The notes under the pieces were generated by a model. The model searched no databases. It saw only the letters and a program-made list of their open reading frames with translations, and had not been told where the DNA came from. The translations under genes and the position numbers were made by a program. A stretch of 55,160 nt of DNA from Catajapyx aquilonaris (taxonomy: Eukaryota): positions 1-55,160 of the forward strand of contig JYFJ02002538.1 in NCBI GenBank assembly GCA_000934665.2. Direction: 5' to 3'. Of the stretch, positions 25,201 through 37,210 are shown one piece after another (position 1 is the first letter of the stretch; every line of letters starts with the position of its first letter).

Positions 25201-28200
25201 AAGGGTGCTAAAGCAGTGGATATTAACTGCCAGTAAGTACAGTACTGTATATGAAAGAATTTATTTCATCTTAACCCCTTCACTACCAGATGGCCCAAGC
25301 CAAGCAGATTTTGGCTTATGCATACTCCGAAGATATTTTACAAGACATGTCGTTCTTTGCGAGAAATAAATTTATCTCATATGGTTCTACTTGCGGTTCT
25401 CGCTTGCGGAGCAATATGAGATGAATCGTACTTCGCCAGAAGCAAATAAATTTGAGAGTTTTCAGAAGTGCCAGAAAGCCGCAAATAAGTATTAATTTAT
25501 TTCTCGCAAAGTACAACGATTTCAGCAAATTCGTCTGGGATGGTTCTCAAGGTGGTTATTCCGCATATTTTCACTCATTTCATAATTAAATCAGCCATTG
25601 GTCAGCAGTACTTGAATATAGAGATTTTATAGCCTTTTTTGGAAATTAATTTAGGGACTTCTAGATGAGTAAAATTGTTCCAGACACATTCATAGTGTTT
25701 TCCCAGATCTGGTAAGAATAGCTGTTGTCATTGGCAAAATATCTTGTCTGTATCTTCTGAGTACGCTTAAGCGAAAATCTGTGTCTCCCCCTTTTGTTCT
25801 CACAAGGGAAGTGTAAGTGTTGTCCATGGAGTTTCTGAATGAAACTTGGCACAATAATATAGGCAGGTAAGTTATTAAAGAAAATGCAAACAATTTAGGC
25901 GGATGTCCACAAGGTCAAAAGTTATGACCTCTCGAACTCACAAGGGACGCTTTCCAAGGTCTCACCGATTTTCTTGAAATTCGGTGCATTGGTAGCCCCC
26001 AAAAAGGGGTCACCGGGTCATTGTGAGGTCACTTCGGGTGCATTTTTCATCCCTTACGGGCGAAGTTTCAGATGTCACACTCAAAAACGCAGACATTTTA
26101 TTGCATCACTGGAAAGGGATAATTACTCTGATTACAAGGAGCTATATTGCTAGATTGCAACCATATTTGAAAAGGTAGCTTCTGAATTTATTCGAAAAAT
26201 AATACAGAAATTATTTTTTGTCAAATTACGTGCCCGATTGGCATCAAATCCAGCTTATAGCTCTTGGAAAATTCAGAAGATCAAGTTCCCTCATCTGTAG
26301 TAAGCCGGAAGCATAAACCACCTGCAGATGAAATGAAGCATCGTACATTAGCACCTACAACAACATGTTACGTATAATATGACAGTGTGGGATAGTACCG
26401 TACAGTATAAAGAGAGAGAGGGAGAGAGAGAGAGAGAGAGAGAGAAAGCAGAGAAACTGTTTTTAAATACTGTACAGGGGGATTCTCCCGAATGGAAACC
26501 GAAACATTCCCCAATAACTTTTTAACTATGGTATGGTTCCCCATGAAAGTGGACATGTAAGTTACTTACCTTGTATCGTGCCAAACAAGGTCTGACTAAA
26601 GAATATACCAAAGGTGGTCCACTCCAGCATCCAATAATTTTTAAATCAGAGTCTGCATATTGCCGAAGACCCCTGCTGATAGGCGGACGCGATCCCATCC
26701 CTCTCCCACCCGCCCGGCAACGGACCATTGCCTTGAGATGCCCTCGCTTATTAATAGGGGGCGGATAGTTATGCTCTTAAAAAGGTCGCAATATGCATGC
26801 AAATATTCCCCTAAAAATAGTGAAATATTCTCTCAAATATTCTCTAAAACCTGCATTGAATTCGCGATTTATTCTTGCGTTACCCTGAAAAATAAATACA
26901 TGCAAATTATGTGCCATGGACTTGAGACTTTATCTTATACAACTTCATCATTTCATAAATTGTCTTCAGTTTCACTATTGAAGTGACAATGCTGAGAGAC
27001 AATATTTTTTTCCTAATTGGATGCAGTTAATCGCTGCCTTGTCTCACTCAGAGTGGCCTTGAGTATTGAAAATGACCGCTCCACATCACATGTCGTTATT
27101 GGTGCATTTCAAAAAGGTAAGCTATTGTCCCAAGGTTTGCAACTTAATAAATAAAATACAAAAAAAAAGTGGATAACAAGATTAACAAAGTAAAAAGAGT
27201 GAAATATTTGAAATGTCGTTAAAGCCAAAATATGTCATTAACCTCGAAATATTCTTATATATGCAAAATAAGACCCACTTTTTTGGACTCCTGATGTCAT
27301 TATTCGGATTTTTGTACAAATCACGCCCTTGTTCATTCAGAGGTGCTGTTCTGCCTGCCTTTCGTAGTAGTGTGGGTAGTTGTGTGTGTATGGTCAGGCA
27401 AATGGGGTCTTGCCATTTACCTTGTTAGTGGTTGGTCCCGCAACATTTTTCACTGCTACTGTACATTTTGTACTGGATCCAAGAACTGATTACCCCTACC
27501 AACCCCCAACATTCCCTTACCCCTCCCCCAAACTTGCACCCACACTATGTGACTAGTTCCAAGTTGATGAAATTCTAATACACACAAAACCTGTTTACCT
27601 TGTCGTCACACCATTTACAGCTGCTGTTGCATTTCTAGCCCTTTGCTGTTTGGAAACACTGAAAAGTGGTTGTAGTTTACTTCTGGTCTTTTATTTGTGC
27701 TGATAATAATAACTGCTCACTTCAAGCAGAGGGCAACAGTAAGCTAACACATCCGACTGACTTGTATTAAAAGGGAAAGATGCATATGATATACGAGGGG
27801 TGTTATATAAGTTCGTGGTTTCAAGTAGACATACGCGAGACATGACAAAGAAACAATTTTATTTCTCAACATAGTACCCACACCGGTCAATACACTTTGT
27901 CCATCTTCGTGGCAACTTCTCCAAACCGCTCTGGTAGAAGGAAGAATCTCACCCCCCCCAAGACGTCATCCACAGCTGCCTTGACCTCTTCGTCACTCCC
28001 ATGGAGTCGACCCCGCAGGTGTTTCTTCATGTTTGGGAACAGGTAGAGGTACCCAGGTTTCATCCTGTGTGACCGGAGGAGCGTAAAATCCTTCTGCATC
28101 AGCATTCAGCGGGTCCAAATTTAATATTGTGAAATCTCCCGACGCGCCGCCTTCTGTTCGGCGACAACATTCGGGGTACCCATCGTGTTGACACCTTCCA

Positions 28201-31200
28201 CAGGCGCAGGTAGTCATGTAGTATGGTGTGGATGGAAAATGTTGAGATGCCCACCACCTCAGCAAGGTACCTGATAGTCAGTCTTCGGTCTCCCATCACT
28301 AGTTCCTCCACTTTGGCCACATTTTCTTCGGTGGTGGAACACACGGGTCTTCCGGAGCGGAGGTCGTCTTTTAGGCTGTCTCGGCCGTGTTTGGAGAGGG
28401 CAATCCACTTCTGGATCATGCTGTAGGATGGTGCATCGCCAGCCAATGTATCCTTCATGTCCTCAAAGATGTCCTTGGCACCCATTCCCTTCGCCACCAG
28501 GTACTGGATGACCACGCGATGTGCGATGTTCGCCATCTTCACAAAATGCTGCGTACCCTTTCACATCCGAATTATTTCTGAACCCAAGGACTTTGACACC
28601 TATGTCAATTGGGTGGATATAGGGGTTTGAAGGGTGGCTCGATTTAATGGCGATGTTTAGCTTCTGCATTTGCTTCTCCTTCTAGGCGAAACCACGAACT
28701 TATATAACACCCCTCGTACAGTGAAACCTGTCCATAATTGATCCTGAGGATAGTGGAAGCTTGTCAACCATGGAAAATTTTTCTGGTCCCATACAATTCC
28801 ACTTTGCACAGGTTTCATTGACTGCTTGCTTGCAACTTGCAGGTTAATAATTACCATAACAAATTACTGGGAGGCGGAACACACCCTTCCTTACCCATGG
28901 CAGTAATTTACATAACAGTCTTCTTGAACAAAGTGTCACCTTCATTGCTCACAATTTGAAAACTACTGAGAGGTACTGCCTGTGATGTTCACATGTTGAT
29001 AATTCCTGGCCTACTATTTACCTGTGACATAATTTTCAGTACAATTGGTGGTATTCACCATTGTGTATCATTCCCTAGTGAAAGTTGAAATTTTAACTTA
29101 CGCTGTCTGAACTTGTTAAGTTCTAGTGCTTGCATCATTCCTTATGGAGAGTCACATTTTGTGATCTGGAGGCTTGAGATGCACTTGACCCTAGAAAGAA
29201 TATTTGCCAGTTGACTAGACCCAACTTTTAACTGGCTATTAAGAACTTAGCAAGACAATTTTTTGTTGGTCCTTCTGAAGCATAAGGAAGAAGCATTGTA
29301 GAAGCAACTGTTGTAACAATGGGTGGCAGCAATGGCTGGTTACCTTCTCGCATAATTTTTAAATGTTATGCTGATGGAGAGGAGGCATGAGCTGCACAAA
29401 ACAATTGGAAAATTATCATCGTAATGCAATATTGATTTGGATTAGTATGTCTCTTGAGTCATGGCATGTGATGGTTATTAGTGTGATGGAAATGTTTATG
29501 TTTTACAATAAGCACCTTTCATGGCATCTTTGCTTCTCTTCCAGGGATGAGGTTGGGCTAACTCCTCTTATGATGTCGTTAATTTTTGAGAAGCAGGAAA
29601 TTTTTGATGTCTTGATGGAATTTGGAGCTGATTGTAATGAGCACATAGATGATGATGAGTGCTTGCCACTACACCATGCTCTAAGGGTTGGGAACAGCCA
29701 GTAAGTCTCTTGTCAAATGTAAAGTTTGTGCACAAGAATTATTTTATATTTACTTCTAGAGCTGCAGAAGTGCTCTTGAAGAAAATGGATCCACGTGTCC
29801 TGAATCATTTCAGCAAGAACAGAGCCAAAGTGATGGACATCTTTTCTCTGGCATGCAAGAACAGGTAAGGATTTAAATATGAATTTACCTCACCCCAACA
29901 GAATGTAATAAAGGGACATAAAACTACATATGTGCCAAACCGAGACTTCTTGCCAAGTGAGCCTTTAGTTAACTCACGTCAGTTACTCTTAGTGATCCAG
30001 ATGAGGTAGGATGTGCCTTTACAACAAAAATTGAGTAGACTCCAATAATTTTTAAAACTGAAAATGTTTATGATATTTGGGGGTAACCACCTGCTCTAAA
30101 ATTGGGTTGTCAATGTCAACAGTATTTTTTGAAGAGCTATTTCTATTAGGGAAAAAAAAGAAAGAAAAAGAAAGAAAGCTTGACACCAGCTGAAAAGAAT
30201 TATTCTTGGTTAAGAGCGCGCTCTAGGCTACGCGATCCATTGTTGCGGGGAGCCCGTCGCGGCCCGGCCCGTGAGTTTGACACTTCTTCCTCTCGCTGTC
30301 ATGGCCGCAAATATGGAGGTATCGGCATGAAACTGGAGTATATGGACGCGAAAGAGTTGCACTTTGAGGTGGTGCGTTTATTTTTCTCCTGGGGCGATAT
30401 TTGCGGCCGCCGCGGCCAGGTACAGTTTTTTATTTTGACCCGCAATCACTATTTTCAATGTCGGTACCTGTGAGATTCGAGCCCATGACGAGGTTTTTAC
30501 GCCGAATTACCGTAAGTGTGTGAAAGGGCACGAGTGTGGCAGTCTTGGTTTGGCCAAACTTTGGGATCAAAAATACCCCCCTCCATGAACAATAACAACT
30601 CGCACGAAGAAAGCGACGATCTGGCAGCGCCGCGGTGACTGCCAGTTCTGCAACCACGGCGACGGGGATAAGGTAGAGCGCTAATAAATTATTAGAACGA
30701 TGTAAACAAGTCAAGGGTGGCACAGTCGCCGTGGTTACCGAACTGGCAGTCACCGCGGCGCTGCCAGATCATCGCGTTCTTAGTGCGAGTTGTTATTGTT
30801 CATGGAGGGGGGTGATTTTGATCCCAAAGTTTGGCCAAACCAAGACTGCCACACTCGTGCCCTTTCACACATTTACGGTAATTTGGCGGAAAAACCTCGT
30901 CATGGGCTTGAATCTCACAGGTACCGACATTGAAAGTAGTGATTGCGGGTCAAAATCAAAAACTGTACCTGGCCGCGGCGGCCGTAAATATCGCCCCAGG
31001 AGAAAAATAAGCGCACCATCTCAAAGTGCAACTCTTTCGCGCCCATATACTCCAGTTTCATGCCGATACCTCCATATTTGCGGCCATGACGCGAGAGGAA
31101 GAAGTGTCAAACTCACGGGCCGGCCCGCGCCGGGCTCCCCGCAACAATGGATAGCGTAGCCTAGAGCGTGCTTTTTATGGAATTTTGATTTTATTTTCTG

Positions 31201-34200
31201 GTATTTGAAGAGTGTGAAAGCTGTACAGCAATTGGGTTATACATATTGTGGGAAAAGATTCAAGTTTCACCTAGAGAATGATGTTTACTTCTGCCTGGGC
31301 ATGTCCAACACCTGGCACTAGTAGCATTAGGGCGGAATTGTGGTGGCTCCCACATGTACACTCCAACAAGTGCCTGTAAGCATGGCGGCCAGTAAAGGTG
31401 TTGTATATCGGCAATTGTGGTGGCCTCCCATACCGGCTCTTGAATTGGCCGGACTCACCCCCTAGTTATCACTTGCAATGCCTGGTATTCGTGATGCAAT
31501 GTGCTCTAACAGCCAATCCCGGAACAGGCTTCTCCTTGCGCGGGCTGGTAGAAATACGAATTCTATACATTACGTGAGAGAGTTGCACAGTAACAATACA
31601 GATAACAATATAGAAGACGAGAAAATGCATGTCTGCAGCCAGTGGGAGGAGGCCGAGGTCCTCAAATTGCGGTTTCCAAGAGGTATAGGTCCTCGTCGGT
31701 TACCTGAGGTACCAAGGGGATTTGGTGGGTTGTGTGTTCTGTCCAACCCTGCCAAATCTTCATGGTACCTCGAGGACACCTGGGAGTGCCAATGCTGTCA
31801 ATGCAGTAGGGGCAAATAGACGGACGGCCACCGAGACCAGAGAAAAAGGGTACAACCATATGGCATGCAGTGAAATAATTATATTTTATGTCAGCTTGCA
31901 AAGAAACCAATCTGAGTCCCAGAACATGAAGCATTTCATTTTATGCCAATGATGTCAATAACCTGTAATCACACATTAGGCTTAATAACCCTGACTAATA
32001 ATAAAGCACAAATTTAAGTACATGTTTGAATAATACCAGAGAATGGTTCCACTCCCTTTTGTCACTACTTTGTTACCTAACAGATCCTAAATGAAACTGC
32101 TTTTCAACTCTTCACTCATTAGTAATAATCACCGCCCTTCGGAACAGGCTTAACTCACATATTTATGTTTTTGTGCAAGTGGAGGTGTTTTGCAGTGTCT
32201 GATGGGATTCGATTTATTTGTAAAGGTCCCTTGTTGTTGTGGATGGGGGTTTTGCTGTCAGGTTGGGTGGCAGTCATCCTAGGCAAATCAAGAGCAGAGG
32301 GCGGTGGTGATTGTTGCAGTGTATGGATCCCCATTCCTTTTGAAAATCCATCGGATTGCATCAGATCTAATTTTTCATGAGGTCTTTAGGTGGGCAATGT
32401 GAATAAATTGTGGCTGGCGGCGAAAATCTTTCCCAGCCATAATGCACATCCAATCTGGCCCCCGGGCCACCCCCAAGCCCCAGGTGGTCCTAGGCCACAC
32501 CTCGCTCCATTACTTTGGTCTGCTGAGGAGGCGATGAAAAATAAGACCTGATGGAAAGCAATTCAAAGTGGCCCCCTGGCTGCCCCCAAACTCCCTACCA
32601 GCCTGAAAAAGCACAGCGCCAACCCTCCTATAAGTCTTGGGGGAGCTAGAGACGTCCCCTAGATTTGCGGTATGGTTTCAATTCCACGCCTCCCATAACT
32701 TTCCAGCGCAATGGGGTCCGTCGTATGCATGGGAGTTGCGTCCCGACTTATGCCTCTGTACGCTTACAAAAGCCACCACGATTGCGCCCTTAATGAATAT
32801 CCACTTGGCGCCCAAGGCTACATGTGCACTTGAAAGTAATTTGTAATCACTACCATCAGTTTTGGCATGAGATGTGAATTGTTTTAACTAGGCACGTTTT
32901 AAATATTTCCAGCTTTCAGTCCGTGCCGCTACTCCTGGAGAAAGGATTCACGTTTGCGCCCCTATGTTCCTGGACTGATAGGAGCATTGGTGGAATACCT
33001 GACATTGGCTTTGCCAGAAAACCCTCTGCATGGCAATCAAATTGTGTTAGTCATTTTGTGTCCCTGCTAACACATACTGCACCGAATTTGGCGAACTATG
33101 ATTGCTGCCTACCATTCACCCTCCTGTTGTCCCAATGTGACAAGGTGTTGCCATTTTTGGAAACGTTTGCAGACCAAGGTAAATATGCACCTATTTGTAG
33201 CCAGTTGAATGAATGCATGTTACTCCTAATTTTGGTAAATGTGCCATTATTTTCATATTATATTCCTTAGAACAAGTGCATGCTTTCTCCACCCAAACAG
33301 TCCTCACTTGGGGTGGTGCTTTTGGGGTGGGAAACGTTGCCAAGGTTTTGAGAAAACTATCTGTGCCAATATTGGGAGTCAGAGACATTTTTTTGCCACT
33401 GGGAAAAAACCTATTTGGTATCATCAAAATCATTTGGCCCAATTTTGTGCAAATTTACAAGACATTATTATATGTTGGTAGACTTGATACTACAATGACA
33501 CTGCCATCCCAAGGAAAAAAGCCCTGCCTGCTAAACCAATAAGGTCATAATTATAGGGCATTAACCTATCTATTCCCACCAAGATGTGAGTGGTATTGTA
33601 CAGGAATCAGTGAAGATTTCGTAATATTATTGCCAGGGGAAACTTATGCCAGGTACTACTGGAAACAAATAGTAGGGAGCATGTGACCTGCTGCAGACTT
33701 CATTTTTTCCTTAATTTGTTAAGTTGAAGGTCTCATTCAATTCATTCAGTTGTCTTTTTTCATGGAATTAAAATATGGCCACTCTTTCTCACCAGGCATG
33801 CAGGTGAACCCGCCTCCAAACTCGGATGCTGCGCCTATCCTGCCCATTTGCCATATGACGTACAATGCTGACCTCTCTGATGATATGTGGCTGCAAATTT
33901 TTTCATTCTTGGAAGATCATGGATTCGACCCCGATTACATCAGCCATCACAATTCTATTGGCTTTCCAGATATGTTGGTGTATGCCTCATTGAACAATGC
34001 GCGGGTGCTTGCCTTTCTGTTAAGGTTCAGCAGGAATACACCAGTTTCTCTGCTGGAAAAGTGGACCTGCTTTCTAGCACAGCTCGGGAGGAATGGGAAT
34101 CGTCTTACAGAATCCTGCTCAGCACTGTTTGCAAAGCGAATGAAAGGCATGGCTCTGGTTTGCACCACACTGGGGATTCCTTTGACCCAAAGGGTGAAGG

Positions 34201-34551
34201 TGAAGCAGTTTGAGGATGCAGTGAAAGCTGTGACTGGCGTTGAGAGCGACTGGGACCACATATACAGTGGCATGGGTTAGATTTTCATTTTATTGAAATT
34301 GGCTATAGTCAATGCCTGTTTGTCAGTATTAGCAAGTTTTTTAAAAACTGCCTCCTTGGAACTTTTCAGATCCTGTGGCACCCCTTCAGCAAATGTGCAG
34401 GACAACCATTCGCTCACTACTGTCGGAGAGGCTGAACCCTGGACAGTTGATGAAGAAAGTAGTGGAGGGGTTCAAAATTCCTACTCTTGTTGCGTCATTT
34501 CTTCTGTATAAAGACATTGACATGATGCAGTTCCTTCTTGAGCTTCAATGA
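21916..34551 (+). CDS. Ankyrin repeat and SOCS box protein (ASB-like), copy 1, 792 aa. Exons 21916-22412, 23015-23187, 24056-24211, 24865-25013, 25090-25232, 29545-29700, 29760-29864, 32913-33178, 33724-34275, 34370-34551
   Basis: Ten phase-consistent exons total 2379 nt. Acidic N-terminus, then ankyrin repeats (GTTLLQEAVSCGSAEIVKILLDHGADPN; DINCQDEVGLTPLMMSL). C-terminal SOCS box with BC box PLQQMCRTTIRSLL and Cul5-box-like IPTLVASFLLY. Confidence 0.9.
22186..22236 (+). repeat. (GAT)17 coding microsatellite giving poly-Asp in ASB copy 1
   Basis: 17 uninterrupted in-frame GAT codons; absent from copies 2 and 3. Confidence 0.95.
23326..23866. mobile_element. Non-autonomous Tc1/mariner-pogo-like element (MITE)
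   Basis: Imperfect 20-bp TIRs (T)AGTTGACTCCGGATATAAC...GTTATATCCGGTGTCAACTG and subterminal CTGTTATAGC repeats. A related terminal fragment ends GAGTCTACTG-TA at about 24693-24750. Confidence 0.7.
24551..24690 (+). repeat. Fragment of the interspersed repeat also present at about 48460-48830
   Basis: AGTCACTTC..GAGAGCCGGTGTACACCCTCACTGGTGAGC...CATATGACGTAGTTTGCCTT is shared with 48481-48620. Confidence 0.75.
25275..27330. mobile_element. Probable piggyBac-type non-autonomous relic; only the left end is visible and the right boundary is approximate
   Basis: Begins TTAA|CCCCTTCACTACC exactly where similarity to the copy-2 intron (…TTTCATCTTAA) stops. Similarity resumes at about 27340. No matching right TIR found. 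Confidence 0.4.
26410..26444. repeat. (GA)n microsatellite
   Basis: Direct inspection. Confidence 0.9.
27794..28716 (-). mobile_element. Internally deleted mariner transposon (923 bp) with defective transposase
   Basis: Perfect 29-bp TIRs CGAGGGGTGTTATATAAGTTCGTGGTTTC with TA on both sides. Transposase from ATG 28536 carries the HTH region, RSGRP, WVPRML and VTQDETWV. It is frameshifted and jumps directly to YLFPNMKKHLRG, so two catalytic Asp motifs are missing. Confidence 0.96.
30213..31174. mobile_element. 962-bp foldback element (about 450-bp inverted arms, about 60-bp spacer), PIF/Harbinger-type TTA TSD
   Basis: 30213-30663 is the reverse complement of 30725-31174 with few mismatches. 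TTA lies at 30210-30212 and 31175-31177. Confidence 0.9.
31330..32789. mobile_element. Non-autonomous PIF/Harbinger-like element (1460 bp)
   Basis: 19-bp TIRs GGGCGGAATTGTGGTGGCT / AGCCACCACGATTGCGCCC (2 mismatches). TTA TSD at 31327-31329 and 32790-32792. Absent from the copy-2 intron. Confidence 0.75.
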
Positions 34552-34664
34552 GCTGCCATAAAGGTGAATATCTGATTCGTTGAGAATGTAGCGCCACATT
34601 TGCTTAACCCTCCATCTCAATTCTATACACTTCACAGACATCTGCTAGAAGTGTGTGATGTGTA

Positions 34665-35248
34665 TGTCGTAGCCCCATAACGAAATTGGGCACTTCATGA
34701 AATGTCTATTGAAATTGGGCACATGCTGTAGTGCAATCTCCCGTGAAGCATTACAGCATGTGCCCAGAAATATTAGACTGTTCACGAAGTGTCAGCAACA
34801 GGTTGGACTGATTCCGTAATTCAGAATCTACCCATGTACATGAGCAGCTGAGCAAAACCAGAAGGTGTGGAGGGCATCAGGAGATGCAGAGTTCAGGCTC
34901 TACCTGCCCATGGCCTGGACAAAATGGGAGGAGGGAATGTCTGGAAGTCCAGGAGTTGGTCCTGACTCTTGAGCCAAGGGTAATCCAGGTGACTGTACGG
35001 AAAGGTTGTCATCTGTACTGTGATTGCATCAGGAGTCTGCATATGACTTTGAGATGACCAAATTGGTCATGAGAATGCTGAAGAAAGAAGATTTGCATCA
35101 GTGCACTTTGGATACTTCCTCGGACATGTCATTGCCCCACCAAATGACACATGATCAACCAATCAGACAAGTACTTGCCTTCACTCACTGTACAAATGAC
35201 AACCTTTCCGTACGGTCACCTGGACAGCTGGACTATGGGGCTACGACA
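34665..35248. mobile_element. 584-bp TIR element inserted in the 3' UTR of ASB copy 1
   Basis: Perfect TIRs TGTCGTAGCCCCATA / TATGGGGCTACGACA flanked by TA. The paralogous UTR (about 47200-47240) lacks it. Confidence 0.85.
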
Positions 35249-35378
35249 TATACAGCATAATTGAGATGGAGTGTTAAGTGAATGGATGTTTTGCTCATTT
35301 CTCAAAGTAGCAGATTTTTGTTAATGTATTTGGACATGACCATGTAAGGTATCTTTTTTTTCTTTTTTACTACATTGA

Positions 35379-35384
35379 AATAAA
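35379..35384 (+). terminator. Polyadenylation signal of ASB copy 1
   Basis: AATAAA followed by GT-rich sequence; the same context is conserved at 47353 in copy 2. Confidence 0.7.
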
Positions 35385-35969
35385 GTGTCACTTGTTGGCA
35401 GATGAGAATTATGGCTGTGGTTGCTACGATTAAGAGTGCTCACTCTTCTACTTCACCCTTCCTGGCCAACTTTTTCCACCAGATAGAGGTTGAGGCTTTC
35501 AAATGTCATTTTAGAGCTATGTAAGTAATAGATAAATGCAACGAGTGTGCCAACTAGACAAAGGTACTTATCACGTCCCAAGGACGTGCAAATCGTCTCC
35601 AACGTCAAGCTACCAGCTCCCTGAACTGCCACTTACCGGTAACCTGCAATACAAAGGGGAGAGCCCCCCCCAGACCACAAGTGAACAGCACCAAGTCCCA
35701 GCTCAGAATGCCTCTTTATTCCTCCTTCCCCCAGCCTGAGCAGACGTGGGGGCAACCCCACATATCACACTGTGACATGCTGTACAAAATGTGCATCAAT
35801 TACCCTTGCCCTGGAGTACATTTGCAAATGGCGACTTTCCGTCTAATTGAACAGAGACATTTCAATTTCTCAAACAATTTTAAGTGGATTCTTACAGTTC
35901 AGAGCAAAATTAGGTGTGTTTAGTAATATATTTATGATGTAAATAATTTGGTGCTATAATTTGAGACAC

Positions 35970-36162
35970 ATAATAATAATAATAATAATAATAATAATGG
36001 ATACCCCGTGATAGGCCCCTTGGGCCTCTTAGGGGATCATCTTTTGAATAACCGACTTTAATCATTTGCCTGTAATGTGATGGATTTTGATTGCGGGAGG
36101 AAACGAGAGAACCCCGAGAAAACCCACGCGAACATGGAGAGAACCCATCGAAACGAAACTCT
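35970..36162 (-). mobile_element. 5'-truncated copy of the V-domain SINE
   Basis: Reverse complement of about 20580-20790 including the (ATT)n tail. 10-bp TSD TTTGAGACAC at 35960-35969 and 36163-36172. The tRNA head is missing. Confidence 0.88.
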
Positions 36163-36920
36163 TTTGAGACACTAATATAACAACACTGTGGTGATCTGCC
36201 AGAAATGCTGCAAACCTACTCGCACATGCTCAAATCTCTTCTCTCATACCACGACAGAGTAGGAGGAATCCACCTGAAACGAACTGAGCAGTGGATCTTC
36301 AACAGTAGAGCTAATATGGCTAGAGCAATGCCATTTTTTAAGAGTCTGCATTCCAAATGTTCCCAAAAATGCGTCTCACTTTCAAAGACCCAGAAAATTT
36401 ATATAATATATATTTTAAATAAGCCTGTGTAATAAATGCTTGTTTCTTGCAAGGTAAATTGTGTTGACTACATGTTAACCATGATCAGTATGCATTTGAG
36501 CTTTTGTCCATAATTTGTGTTGCTGGCCCAAAATGCTTATGCATGCTCTCATATTGGAGGATGGAAGAGCAGGTCTTGTCACAGGGTGGGTAAGAATTCA
36601 TTGCACATAAAAAAATGCAAATTATTTTCAAAAGTACCTCGCTGATACATGTCGAGTGGGTCTATGCACCTTTATGCTGCTTGCACACAAGTGGATGACC
36701 ATCCAGACTGCTGTAGATGTTGCATACCTCAGAACATTCCTGGTGTGCTTTCGTTCGTAATAATATATATAATAAATATATAATATTACTAATAAATAAT
36801 AATGCAAAGCCAAAGAAATGTTGGTGGACATTCGTAATTCGCGGTTGCAGGGTGACCAGGTCATTGCTGTTTTCAACCTTGTTTCAACCCAATTGTTATA
36901 ATAATAATAACCATCCCTGT

Positions 36921-37210
36921 TAATTATGAAACAATTTGGCCGCAAATATGTACTTTAAAATTATAAATTAATAACGATTAACCATGGGTAAGCACATTCT
37001 CTGCTATTGGCTACTTTCAGGCAGTGCTGGCGTCTGATTGGTCGGATCGTGAGGAGTGAGAGTTTTCACCTGTCAACCTTGGACAGAGTGGAAAAAAAAC
37101 ATGGCGGGCTGATCTTTTCTTCGCTCAGGTCGCGCGTGTTTGACATAATGACATATCCGTCTCTATCGGGGCTCTCCTTCCCTTCAGCCGGTCCATCTCC
37201 GTCGGATAAG
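36921..37210 (+). promoter_or_regulatory. Duplicated promoter and first exon of ASB copy 2
   Basis: Closely matches 19156-19441: both ATTGG boxes, AAACATGGCG and donor AAG|GTGGGT at 37210. Confidence 0.75.

Noticed and set aside
30180..31159. ORFs of 97-142 aa in the foldback element
   Set aside because: Mirror-image ORFs arising from a GC-rich palindrome; no recognisable domain.
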